From positions 2,130,001-2,162,000 of the forward strand of contig NC_006512.1 of assembly GCF_000008465.1 (NCBI RefSeq): DNA of 32,000 nucleotides, read 5' to 3'. The notes under the pieces are model-generated. The model was not told where the DNA came from. It saw only the letters and a list, made by a program, of their open reading frames with translations, and did no database searches. The translations under genes were made by a program, and so were the position numbers. Within the stretch, counting starts at the first letter, position 1; each line of letters begins with the position of its first letter. Shown here piece after piece: positions 1-8,115 of this stretch. This stretch comes from Idiomarina loihiensis L2TR (lineage in GTDB: Bacteria; Pseudomonadota; Gammaproteobacteria; Enterobacterales; Alteromonadaceae).

Positions 1-1098
1 ATTCAGTCCGGTGCGCTCCAACCCGATAAATATCAGTTAGAGGCGGTAAAGGCGCTGCAGCAACGACTGGACTCACTTGCTCGCGGACATAAACCGAAAA
101 GTCTTTACTTATTTGGCCCGGTCGGCCGAGGGAAGACCCTGCTGATGGACATGTTTTATCAACATCTTCCGAAAAGTCAGTCTATTCGGCTGCATTTCCA
201 CCATTTTATGGCCAAAATCCACGAAGAACTGAATAGCCTTCAGGGCGAAGCTAACCCGATGCAGATTATTGCTAAGAGGTGGTCACAGCACTATTCGATA
301 ATCTGTCTGGATGAGTTTTTCGTTGAAGATATTGGCGACGCAATGATTTTAGCCGGACTATGGCATGCGCTGTTCAACGAGGAGGTTAGTTTAATAACAA
401 CCTCGAACGCCCCACCTAATGAGCTTTACAGAGATGGTTTGGCGCGCCATCGCTTCGAACCTACAATAGAGTTGTTGAATAAGGAGTGTGACTGTCTGGA
501 CTTGGGTATGGGCGTTGATTATCGCCGACTGCACGAAGCCGATTTACCCTATTACCTTAAGCAAGGCACGCTGCAACAGCTCCGTTCACTCGCAGAGAGT
601 CATTTCGGCCGCACAAAAGAAACCCCCTCCGTTCGGATAATGAAGCGTGAAATTCCGTGCTTATGGCACAACAATAAAGTGATTGGTTTTGACTTTATGT
701 CTCTCTGCTCCGGCCCCAGAAGTCAGCGCGACTATATGGAACTGGCCGATCGTTATGCTGCTATAGCGGTGCATCAGGTTCCGGCTTTTTCTTATATACC
801 AGATAAAGACCTGGTACATGGTGTAGAGGAAACATACCAGCGCGAACATCAGGCAAATATTGTCAGCAAACTGGATAACGAAGCCCGTCGTTTTATAGCT
901 CTGGTCGATGAGTGCTATGACCGAAAGTGTCACTTATTGGTAACCGCCGAAACCGACATCGATAAATTATATCAGGCCAGACAATTGGCTTTTCCTTTCC
1001 GGCGTTGCGTTTCACGACTTTTTGAAATGCAGCAATGGGGTGACTCAGTTGCAGGAAACACGCTGGTAAAAAGACGCCAATCTGTTCCAGAGAGTTGA
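1..1098 (+). CDS. zapE: Cell division protein ZapE / AFG1-family ATPase (5' end lies outside the window)
   Basis: Frame 1 is open from base 1. Translation upstream of the listed Met reads ...LYLFGPVGRGKTLLMDMFY, with the Walker A GPVGRGKT at about 115-141. ICLDEFFVEDIGDAM (Walker B-like) follows. Stop TGA at 1096-1098. Confidence 0.85.
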   Translation: MQSGALQPDKYQLEAVKALQQRLDSLARGHKPKSLYLFGPVGRGKTLLMDMFYQHLPKSQSIRLHFHHFMAKIHEELNSLQGEANPMQIIAKRWSQHYSIICLDEFFVEDIGDAMILAGLWHALFNEEVSLITTSNAPPNELYRDGLARHRFEPTIELLNKECDCLDLGMGVDYRRLHEADLPYYLKQGTLQQLRSLAESHFGRTKETPSVRIMKREIPCLWHNNKVIGFDFMSLCSGPRSQRDYMELADRYAAIAVHQVPAFSYIPDKDLVHGVEETYQREHQANIVSKLDNEARRFIALVDECYDRKCHLLVTAETDIDKLYQARQLAFPFRRCVSRLFEMQQWGDSVAGNTLVKRRQSVPES

Positions 1099-1122
1099 AT
1101 TCCCTGTATTTACCAGCGTGTT
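1057..1122 (+). repeat. Perfect 14-bp inverted repeat bracketing the zapE stop codon
   Basis: AACACGCTGGTAAA (1057-1070) and TTTACCAGCGTGTT (1109-1122) are exact reverse complements. The 38-nt spacer contains the zapE stop (1096-1098). No U-tract follows. Confidence 0.7.
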
Positions 1123-1347
1123 AAAACTGAGTTAATTAAATGTTATATGACTTGCAACAAATTCCAATATTACAATTGTCATGGATGTTAAAATAAGTTT
1201 TGTTTCCAAGCCGGATTTCCCGCATTCTGCCGCACAAACAGTAATTAGCTGCTTGCCGTTAAATTAACGCCTTGCTAGGATTGCTGGAATTTGCTGAACA
1301 GCAGCGCTTAAAAAGCGTAAAACAAAAACGATAAAAGAAGGTTCAGA

Positions 1348-2766
1348 ATGAGCGAACAACGCGATCAATTTAGCTCTAAGATTGGCTTTATATTAGCGGC
1401 GGCAGGTTCTGCCGTCGGCATTGGTAACTTAGTTGGGTTCCCCGTTGCTGCCACTAAAAATGGCGGTGGGGCATTTTTAATTATCTATGCGTTATTCGTT
1501 GCCTTTATCTGCGTGCCAGTTATGTTGGCAGAAATGGGCCTGGGCCGACGCGCTCAAAAAAGCCCTCTGGGATCTTACAAAGCATTATCGCCAAACAATA
1601 AAGGCTGGCATCTTGCTGGCTTACTGGCAGTTATCACGCCATTTATGATTGCGGTTTTCTACATGGTCATCACGGTGTGGATCTTCGGTTACCTCTGGCA
1701 TTCAGTTACCGGCAACCTCGATATGCTCGCCGACGCCGAATACTTTGGCCAATTCGTAAACGACTACGGCTTTGTTGGTTTCCTTATTGCAGTGACAATA
1801 ATCGTCAATGTTATCTTGCTTGGTGGTGTTCGTCAGGGGATAGAGAAAGCCGCGAAATTCCTGATGCCAGCGCTGTTTATTATGCTCATTCTGCTGGTTA
1901 TCTTTGTTCTGTCACTGGATAACGCCGTGCTCGGACTTGAGTTTTATCTGGTTCCCGACTTTTCAAAAATTGATGGTTCAGTAATCAACGGCGCATTATC
2001 ACAGGCCTTTTTCTCGTTATCTCTCGGTATGGGCATTTTAATAACCTACGGCTCTTATTTCAGCCGCAGGGACGACATTGTGACCTCTGGAAAACTGGTT
2101 GCTTTAACAGATACAGCCGTTGCTTTTACCGCCGGTTTAATGACTCTGCCCGCGATATTCGCCATCAATCCCAATACCAACCCGGATTCATTGAGTGACT
2201 CCTCGGTTAGTATGATTTTCTCTTTCTTTCCGCAAATCTTTATCGCTCTGGAAGGCGTTGTCGGCTATGTTGGCGCAAGCATTGCCGCTACTATCTTTTT
2301 CCTGCTGACCTTTATTGCTGCTATTACATCTTTGGTTTCTATTCTTGAAGTACCAACCGCAGCGGTTATTGAGCAAGCGAAGATAAGCCGTAAAAAAGCC
2401 CTGCTGGTTATGGGTATCGCCGTTACTGTACTGACTCTTATTGCCGCGACCTCTTTTGGTTTTGTTCCGGCATTCACTGAGTTTACTTTCTACGCTGACA
2501 CGCCTAAGTCAGTTTTTGATGTAATCTACGACGTTTTTTACGACACCATCTTGCCACTGAATGGCCTTTTGATTTGCTTGTTTGTCAGCTTCCACTGGCG
2601 CCGTAAAAACCTGGATGCAGAACTTGCTGAAGGCAACCCCGGTTATCCGAATACACTACTGGCCAAATATGTACGTCTATCTATCTGTACATTCATTCCC
2701 TTGATATTAGCGGCGGTATTTATTAATACAGTGTTAACTAAATTCTTCGCTTATCCTATTTTCTAA
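1348..2766 (+). CDS. Neurotransmitter:sodium symporter (NSS/SNF) family transporter, substrate unknown
   Basis: N-terminal NSS signature FSSKIGFILAAAGSAVGIGNLVGFPVAATKNGGGAFLIIY. The protein is strongly hydrophobic and multi-helical throughout. SD-like AAGAAGG lies shortly upstream of ATG 1348. Confidence 0.9.
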   Translation: MSEQRDQFSSKIGFILAAAGSAVGIGNLVGFPVAATKNGGGAFLIIYALFVAFICVPVMLAEMGLGRRAQKSPLGSYKALSPNNKGWHLAGLLAVITPFMIAVFYMVITVWIFGYLWHSVTGNLDMLADAEYFGQFVNDYGFVGFLIAVTIIVNVILLGGVRQGIEKAAKFLMPALFIMLILLVIFVLSLDNAVLGLEFYLVPDFSKIDGSVINGALSQAFFSLSLGMGILITYGSYFSRRDDIVTSGKLVALTDTAVAFTAGLMTLPAIFAINPNTNPDSLSDSSVSMIFSFFPQIFIALEGVVGYVGASIAATIFFLLTFIAAITSLVSILEVPTAAVIEQAKISRKKALLVMGIAVTVLTLIAATSFGFVPAFTEFTFYADTPKSVFDVIYDVFYDTILPLNGLLICLFVSFHWRRKNLDAELAEGNPGYPNTLLAKYVRLSICTFIPLILAAVFINTVLTKFFAYPIF

Positions 2767-2767
2767 A

Positions 2768-4606
2768 ATGGCAGAGCGCAGCGGTTACCGACAACTTCAA
2801 CTGCTGCAAGATGCGAGCCTCTGGCGCGAATACTGCGAGGCTCGCTCTGAAAGTTCTATCTACTTATCAAACCTACAGACTCATGCCGATGCCGTACTCT
2901 CCCGTTACCGCGATTATCTGGGGCATGAGTTTGAACAAGTCTGGATAGACTGCCACGACGGTTTGCACGCCGACGCCATAGCAGCGCTTTGTGGCACCGT
3001 TACCGCCGGTGGTCTGTTGTCTATTTTACTCCCGGCTGAGAGCAACGCCATGAGTCACCGCATGGAGCGTTTTGCCGCAAAGCACTTTGCCGAATCAAAC
3101 ATCAAACCCTATTCATCGGTCAATAAAACTGAAACACGCTCAGCAAATGAGACGCTACAGCTAACGAATGAGCAGAACTCTATTTTTAACGCTCTTACAC
3201 AAAGCACAGCAAAACCATACGAAACTCATATCATTACCGCCGAACGCGGCCGCGGTAAAAGTACCCTGTTAGGCCAGGCGCTTGCCCAAGCAAAAGAGCA
3301 CCGCTCGATTATTGTGACGGCACCGCGAAAAGCCAATGCGAAAGTTTTACTACAGCAAGCGCCGGAAGCTCATTTCGTCGCCTGGGATAAGCTGCTGGAA
3401 CAACCCGGTAATTCGGAAGTAACATTAATTATTGATGAAGCTGCGGGTCTGCCATTGTGGGCAACAGAACAGCTATGCCAAAAATTTAATCCCTGGTTGC
3501 TTGCCACAACCGTTGCTGGTTATGAAGGTTGTGGTCGTGGTTTTGCTGTGCACTTTACCGACTGGGCCAGGAAAACCTTGCCACAGGTATCTGTTCACCA
3601 GCTAACTCAACCATTACGCTGGCCCGCAAATGATCCATTAGAGCAGTGGCTGACCGAGACTTTTCTACTGAACGAGCAACCAGTAACACAATTCGGGAAC
3701 CGGGAGTCCGGCACTTTTATTAAACACGCATCGGAACTTGAAGAAGCTTTGCTGCAACAATGTTTTCAACTTCTTCTCAGCGCACATTACCAAAGTAGCC
3801 CGAATGACCTTAACCTGCTGCTGACCGAACCCGGACATAAGCTCGCATATCAGTCCACAAACGGCGAAGTTACTGCGGTTGCCTGGCTTATGAGTGAGGG
3901 ACCCATTTTATCGCCATTAAAAGAAGAAGTCAGACAAGGGCAAAGACGCCCCAAAGGAAATTTACTGCCTCAGGCCATAGGCTACTTTCTGCAACAAGAC
4001 TGGGCTATGGATTTACATTGGCTAAGAGTTGCACGTATTGCGGTACCAGCTGCGAAAAGACGACGTAAAGCCGCCTCCGAATTGCTGGCTGAGATTTACC
4101 GGTGGGCACTGGACAACAATTACCAAATGCTGGGCACCAGTTTTGCCTGGTCACCGGGACTAGATAATTTCTGGAAGAAAAATGGCTATGCCCTTTGGCG
4201 CCTCAGTAGCCGTATAGACAGTGTGTCCGCACGGCCGGCGGCTATTTATGCACTCCCACTAACCAATGAATTCACTGAATTATACCGGGTATGTCAATTG
4301 CTCGGTCAGTGGGGACAAAACCAGCTACAATGGTTGTCAGGCGGTAAAGAAACTCTGCAGCTAACAGAAGAGCGCAATAAGATAAGAACAAGCCTTATTC
4401 AAGCCTATCGCAGTAAGACTATCCCGTTTGACGCGGCACATTTTGCCTTAGCTCAGTGGTTCTACTGGCAACATAGTAATCACCCTCTAACCGAACTGTT
4501 GTGTAACTCATCGACAACACTCAAACATCTGGGCGAGTATTGGGGTGGAGTATCTCAGCGTCAGGCGAATGAAAATCTCTGTAAAGAAGTATGCTTACTG
4601 CACTAA
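2768..4606 (+). CDS. tmcA: tRNA(Met) cytidine acetyltransferase TmcA
   Basis: Motifs are collinear with E. coli TmcA: Walker A AERGRGKST, IIDEAAGLP, TVAGYEGCGRGF, SAHYQSSPNDLNLL, RRPKGNLLPQ and a GNAT-like RVARIAVPAAKRRRKAASELL. The ATG starts 1 nt after the stop of the upstream transporter gene. Confidence 0.85.
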   Translation: MAERSGYRQLQLLQDASLWREYCEARSESSIYLSNLQTHADAVLSRYRDYLGHEFEQVWIDCHDGLHADAIAALCGTVTAGGLLSILLPAESNAMSHRMERFAAKHFAESNIKPYSSVNKTETRSANETLQLTNEQNSIFNALTQSTAKPYETHIITAERGRGKSTLLGQALAQAKEHRSIIVTAPRKANAKVLLQQAPEAHFVAWDKLLEQPGNSEVTLIIDEAAGLPLWATEQLCQKFNPWLLATTVAGYEGCGRGFAVHFTDWARKTLPQVSVHQLTQPLRWPANDPLEQWLTETFLLNEQPVTQFGNRESGTFIKHASELEEALLQQCFQLLLSAHYQSSPNDLNLLLTEPGHKLAYQSTNGEVTAVAWLMSEGPILSPLKEEVRQGQRRPKGNLLPQAIGYFLQQDWAMDLHWLRVARIAVPAAKRRRKAASELLAEIYRWALDNNYQMLGTSFAWSPGLDNFWKKNGYALWRLSSRIDSVSARPAAIYALPLTNEFTELYRVCQLLGQWGQNQLQWLSGGKETLQLTEERNKIRTSLIQAYRSKTIPFDAAHFALAQWFYWQHSNHPLTELLCNSSTTLKHLGEYWGGVSQRQANENLCKEVCLLH

Positions 4607-4671
4607 TGTGACTTGTTGTTTTGACAGCAAATTCCTATGATCACCGCAGAACCTAAACAGGAAGCCCAACC

Positions 4672-6828
4672 ATGACTCGTTATTCAGCTTTTATTCTTTG
4701 TTCAACTGTGTTGATACTGAGTGGCTGTAGCTCGTTTGAACAGGAAAAGGAACAACCTAAAGGCCCTTACCCCGAAACTAAAACCGTCGAGCAGCAAGAT
4801 GATTATCACGGTACCCGGGTTGAAGATCCTTACCGCTGGCTAGAGCAGGACAATCAGGAAGTGTCTAATTGGGTGGATGCACAAAACCAGTTATCTACCC
4901 CTTTATTGCAAAATCTTCCGGCGTTCGCGGACATTAAAGACCGCATGACTGAACTGTGGAATTATGAAAAAGTCAGCACGCCTTTTCGCTATGCTGACCG
5001 GTATTTCTACTTCGCAAATGACGGCCTTCAAAATCAGTCCGTGCTATACACCATGACCGATTTAAACAGTGCGCCGGATATTCTGATTAATCCTAATAAC
5101 TTCAGCGACGACGGAACCGTGTCGCTGGCACGTATTAACGTTTCTCCCGACGCTACCTATGTTGCTTATGCCACTTCTGACGGCGGCAGCGACTGGACGG
5201 AAATAAAAGTCCGTAATGTAGAGTCAGGAAAAGACACCCGCGACGTTATTGAAGGGGTTAAATTTACCGAAGTTGCCTGGCTACCAAATGAACGTGGTTT
5301 TTATTACAGCCGTTATCCTGAAAATAAAGACGGCAGCTTTGATGATACAAAACCCGTCAGTGTTTATTTTCATAAATTGGGAACCGAACAAAGTGACGAT
5401 GAGCTGATTTTTGCTTTTGACAACCAGCCCGAACTAAACCCTTACGCCAAAGTATCAGACGACGGTAAATACTTACTTATTGATGTTTTTAAAGGCTACG
5501 ACGCTAATGCCGTCTACCTGCGTCCGCTAGCACAGGAAAATGCACCTTTTAAAGGGCTTTTCACCAAGTGGGACGGCCAATATCAGTACGTTACCAGCCA
5601 AAAAGGCCTGCTGTATTTTAAGACTACTAATGAAGCGTCGACAGGTCGTGTCGTTGCCGTTGATCCTAAACAATCTGAACCTGAGAACTGGACAGAAATT
5701 ATTGCTGCAAAAACTCATACACTGAAAGACGTACATGCAGTAAATGGTCAACTATTTGCGCATTATTTGCAGTCAGCGCGCTCGCGAGTGGCTATCTTTG
5801 ATATAAAAGGAACCATGCTTCAGGAGCTGGCTTTACCCGGTATTGGCTCAATTAGCGGTTTTGAAGGCAGCCATAAAGCACCCGATGTATTCTTTTCCTT
5901 CAAAAGCTTTACCGAACCGGGAAAAATCTATCGCTACCAGCCTGACCAGCAACGTACCACCTTGTGGTATGAAACCAAAGTGCCAGCCGAATTAGATCAA
6001 TATACAACTGAGCAAGTGGTATACAACAGTGCCGATGGCACCGAAGTTCCAATGTTTTTAGTGCACGACAAGAACATTGAGCTTAACGGCGAAAACCCAA
6101 CGCTGTTATATGGTTATGGCGGTTTCAATATTTCTATTACGCCAGATTACGACACAACCCGTCTTGTCTGGTTAGAAATGGGCGGCGTACTAGCCATTCC
6201 AAATCTTCGCGGCGGCGGTGAATTTGGTGAAATGTGGCATCAACAAGGCACTAAAGAAAACAAGCAAAACGTCTTTGACGACTTTATTGCCGCGGCTGAA
6301 TGGTTAATAAACAACAACTACACCAACAAGAACAAGCTGGCTATTCAGGGACGCAGTAACGGCGGTTTATTGGTCGGCGCTACCATGACTCAGCGTCCTG
6401 AGTTGTTTGCCGCAGCCCTTCCTGCCGTTGGTGTTATGGATATGCTGAGATACCAACTGCCCAGCGCCAATGCACGAGGCTGGGGTAGTGAATTTGGTTT
6501 AAGCGAAAATAAAAAGGACTTCAAAACTCTTTATGCTTATTCGCCGGTGCACAATACCGAGAGCGGCACCTGTTATCCGGCAACACTCATTACCACCGGT
6601 GACCACGATAATAGAGTGGTTCCATGGCACAGCTACAAGTTTGCGGCGGCATTACAACGTGACCAAAGTTGCGACCAGCCGATACTGTTAAACGTAGAGA
6701 CTCGCGCTGGTCATGGAGCCGGTACGCCAACCTGGATGCGCATTGAAGAACACGCGGAAAACTGGGCCTTTTTATACAAGCATTTAGGTATGAACTCAGA
6801 GGTTGTACAAAGCAACGCTTCTGAATGA
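4672..6828 (+). CDS. Prolyl oligopeptidase (S9A family), predicted lipoprotein
   Basis: Lipobox LILSGC at the N-terminus. Conserved POP N-terminal motif DPYRWLE. Nucleophile elbow GRSNGGLL. C-terminal TGDHDNRV and RAGHGAG carry the Asp and His of the triad. SD AGGAAG lies upstream of ATG 4672. Confidence 0.9.
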   Translation: MTRYSAFILCSTVLILSGCSSFEQEKEQPKGPYPETKTVEQQDDYHGTRVEDPYRWLEQDNQEVSNWVDAQNQLSTPLLQNLPAFADIKDRMTELWNYEKVSTPFRYADRYFYFANDGLQNQSVLYTMTDLNSAPDILINPNNFSDDGTVSLARINVSPDATYVAYATSDGGSDWTEIKVRNVESGKDTRDVIEGVKFTEVAWLPNERGFYYSRYPENKDGSFDDTKPVSVYFHKLGTEQSDDELIFAFDNQPELNPYAKVSDDGKYLLIDVFKGYDANAVYLRPLAQENAPFKGLFTKWDGQYQYVTSQKGLLYFKTTNEASTGRVVAVDPKQSEPENWTEIIAAKTHTLKDVHAVNGQLFAHYLQSARSRVAIFDIKGTMLQELALPGIGSISGFEGSHKAPDVFFSFKSFTEPGKIYRYQPDQQRTTLWYETKVPAELDQYTTEQVVYNSADGTEVPMFLVHDKNIELNGENPTLLYGYGGFNISITPDYDTTRLVWLEMGGVLAIPNLRGGGEFGEMWHQQGTKENKQNVFDDFIAAAEWLINNNYTNKNKLAIQGRSNGGLLVGATMTQRPELFAAALPAVGVMDMLRYQLPSANARGWGSEFGLSENKKDFKTLYAYSPVHNTESGTCYPATLITTGDHDNRVVPWHSYKFAAALQRDQSCDQPILLNVETRAGHGAGTPTWMRIEEHAENWAFLYKHLGMNSEVVQSNASE

Positions 6829-6843
6829 TGATTTCATAAAAAT

Positions 6844-6898
6844 ATGCTATCTTTCGCAGCAACTTTATTAGTTAAAAGATTTCTGTGAAGGATAGCAT
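6844..6898 (+). promoter_or_regulatory. Long stem-loop in the 5' leader of the carboxynorspermidine dehydrogenase gene that occludes its SD
   Basis: 6844-6859 ATGCTATCTTTCGCAG pairs with 6883-6898 CTGTGAAGGATAGCAT. That gives 14 Watson-Crick pairs plus 2 G-U pairs, and the G-U pairs exist only in the + strand RNA. The loop is 23 nt and A/U-rich. The 3' arm contains GAAGGA (6887-6892) and ends 2 nt before ATG 6901. Confidence 0.55.
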
Positions 6899-6900
6899 TC

Positions 6901-8100
6901 ATGTCTAAAGTTCTAATTATTGGTGCCGGCGGTGTTGCTGGCGTAGTCGTACAAAAATGTGCAGGCCTACCTGAAGTATTCTCTGAGATTCATCTTGCCA
7001 GCCGTACCCTTTCCAAATGTCAGGCTCTGCAGGAAAAAGCCGGTAAAGACCGCGTTGTAGGAGTGTATCAGGTAGACGCCGATGACTCTGCAGAAGTAGC
7101 TGAGCTTATTCGCGGCATTAACCCGTCACTGGTTATTAACGTTGCGCTTCCATACCAGGACTTACCTATCATGGATGCGTGCCTCGAAACCGGCGTGCAC
7201 TACCTGGATACCGCAAACTACGAACCAAAAGACGAAGCTAAATTTGAATATTCGTGGCAGTGGGCTTATCAGGAACGCTTTAAAGAAAAAGGTTTAATGG
7301 CCTTGTTGGGTGCCGGTTTTGATCCGGGTGTGACCAACGTTTTTACCGCTTATGCCGCCAAGCACTACTTTGACGAAGTGCATTATCTGGACATTGTTGA
7401 CTGCAACGGTGGTGACCACGGTCAGGCCTTTGCAACCAACTTTAACCCGGAAATTAATATTCGCGAAATTACCCAAAAAGGTAAGTATTGGGAAAACGGC
7501 GAATGGCACGAAACCGACCCTATCAGTGTGCGTAAAGATCTGGACTACCCTAATGTTGGTGTTCGCCCGTCTTACCTGTTGTTTCACGAAGAGTTGGAAT
7601 CGCTGGTTAAGCACTTTCCAACCATTAAACGCGCGCGTTTCTGGATGACTTTCGGTGAGCAGTATCTGACTCACTTACGGGTACTTGAAAACGTTGGCAT
7701 GACCTCTATCCAGCCGGTAGAGTTTGAAGGCAAAAAAATTGTACCGCTCGAGTTTCTGAAGGCGGTACTGCCTAACCCGGGTTCTCTGGCGGAAGGCTAT
7801 ACCGGAAAAACCTGTATTGGTACCTATGTCACAGGGCTGAAAGACGGTCAAGAGAAGACTATTTTCATCTACAACAACTGTGACCATGCCGAAACCAACA
7901 AAGAAGTTGGCGCCCAGGCAGTCTCGTACACCACCGGCGTACCGGCAATGATTGGCGCATCGATGATGTTGCAGGGTCATTGGATGGAACCAGGCGTCTG
8001 GAATATGGAGCAGTTTGACCCGGACGAGTTTATGGAGCGGCTAAACAAATATGGCCTTCCATGGCAAGTCCTGGAATGCGATAAGCCATTTGAGAAGTAA
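6901..8100 (+). CDS. Carboxynorspermidine/carboxyspermidine dehydrogenase (saccharopine dehydrogenase family)
   Basis: N-terminal Rossmann motif KVLIIGAGGVAGVV. Length is about 400 aa. It lies directly upstream of nspC, the typical pairing for the alternative (nor)spermidine pathway. Confidence 0.88.
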   Translation: MSKVLIIGAGGVAGVVVQKCAGLPEVFSEIHLASRTLSKCQALQEKAGKDRVVGVYQVDADDSAEVAELIRGINPSLVINVALPYQDLPIMDACLETGVHYLDTANYEPKDEAKFEYSWQWAYQERFKEKGLMALLGAGFDPGVTNVFTAYAAKHYFDEVHYLDIVDCNGGDHGQAFATNFNPEINIREITQKGKYWENGEWHETDPISVRKDLDYPNVGVRPSYLLFHEELESLVKHFPTIKRARFWMTFGEQYLTHLRVLENVGMTSIQPVEFEGKKIVPLEFLKAVLPNPGSLAEGYTGKTCIGTYVTGLKDGQEKTIFIYNNCDHAETNKEVGAQAVSYTTGVPAMIGASMMLQGHWMEPGVWNMEQFDPDEFMERLNKYGLPWQVLECDKPFEK

Positions 8101-8115
8101 CAGAGAAGACAACGC

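Noticed and set aside
1140-1196. An 18-codon ORF (MLYDLQQIPILQLSWMLK) in the zapE/NSS intergenic region, considered as a possible leader peptide.
   Set aside because: It has no SD, no run of regulatory codons and no attenuator-like alternative hairpins downstream.
6851-6859. The 9-mer CTTTCGCAG occurs both just upstream of the polyamine operon (6851-6859) and just downstream of it (9261-9269), suggesting flanking repeats.
   Set aside because: Thousands of 9-mer pair matches are expected by chance in 32 kb. There is no extended similarity around the two copies and no mobile-element genes.
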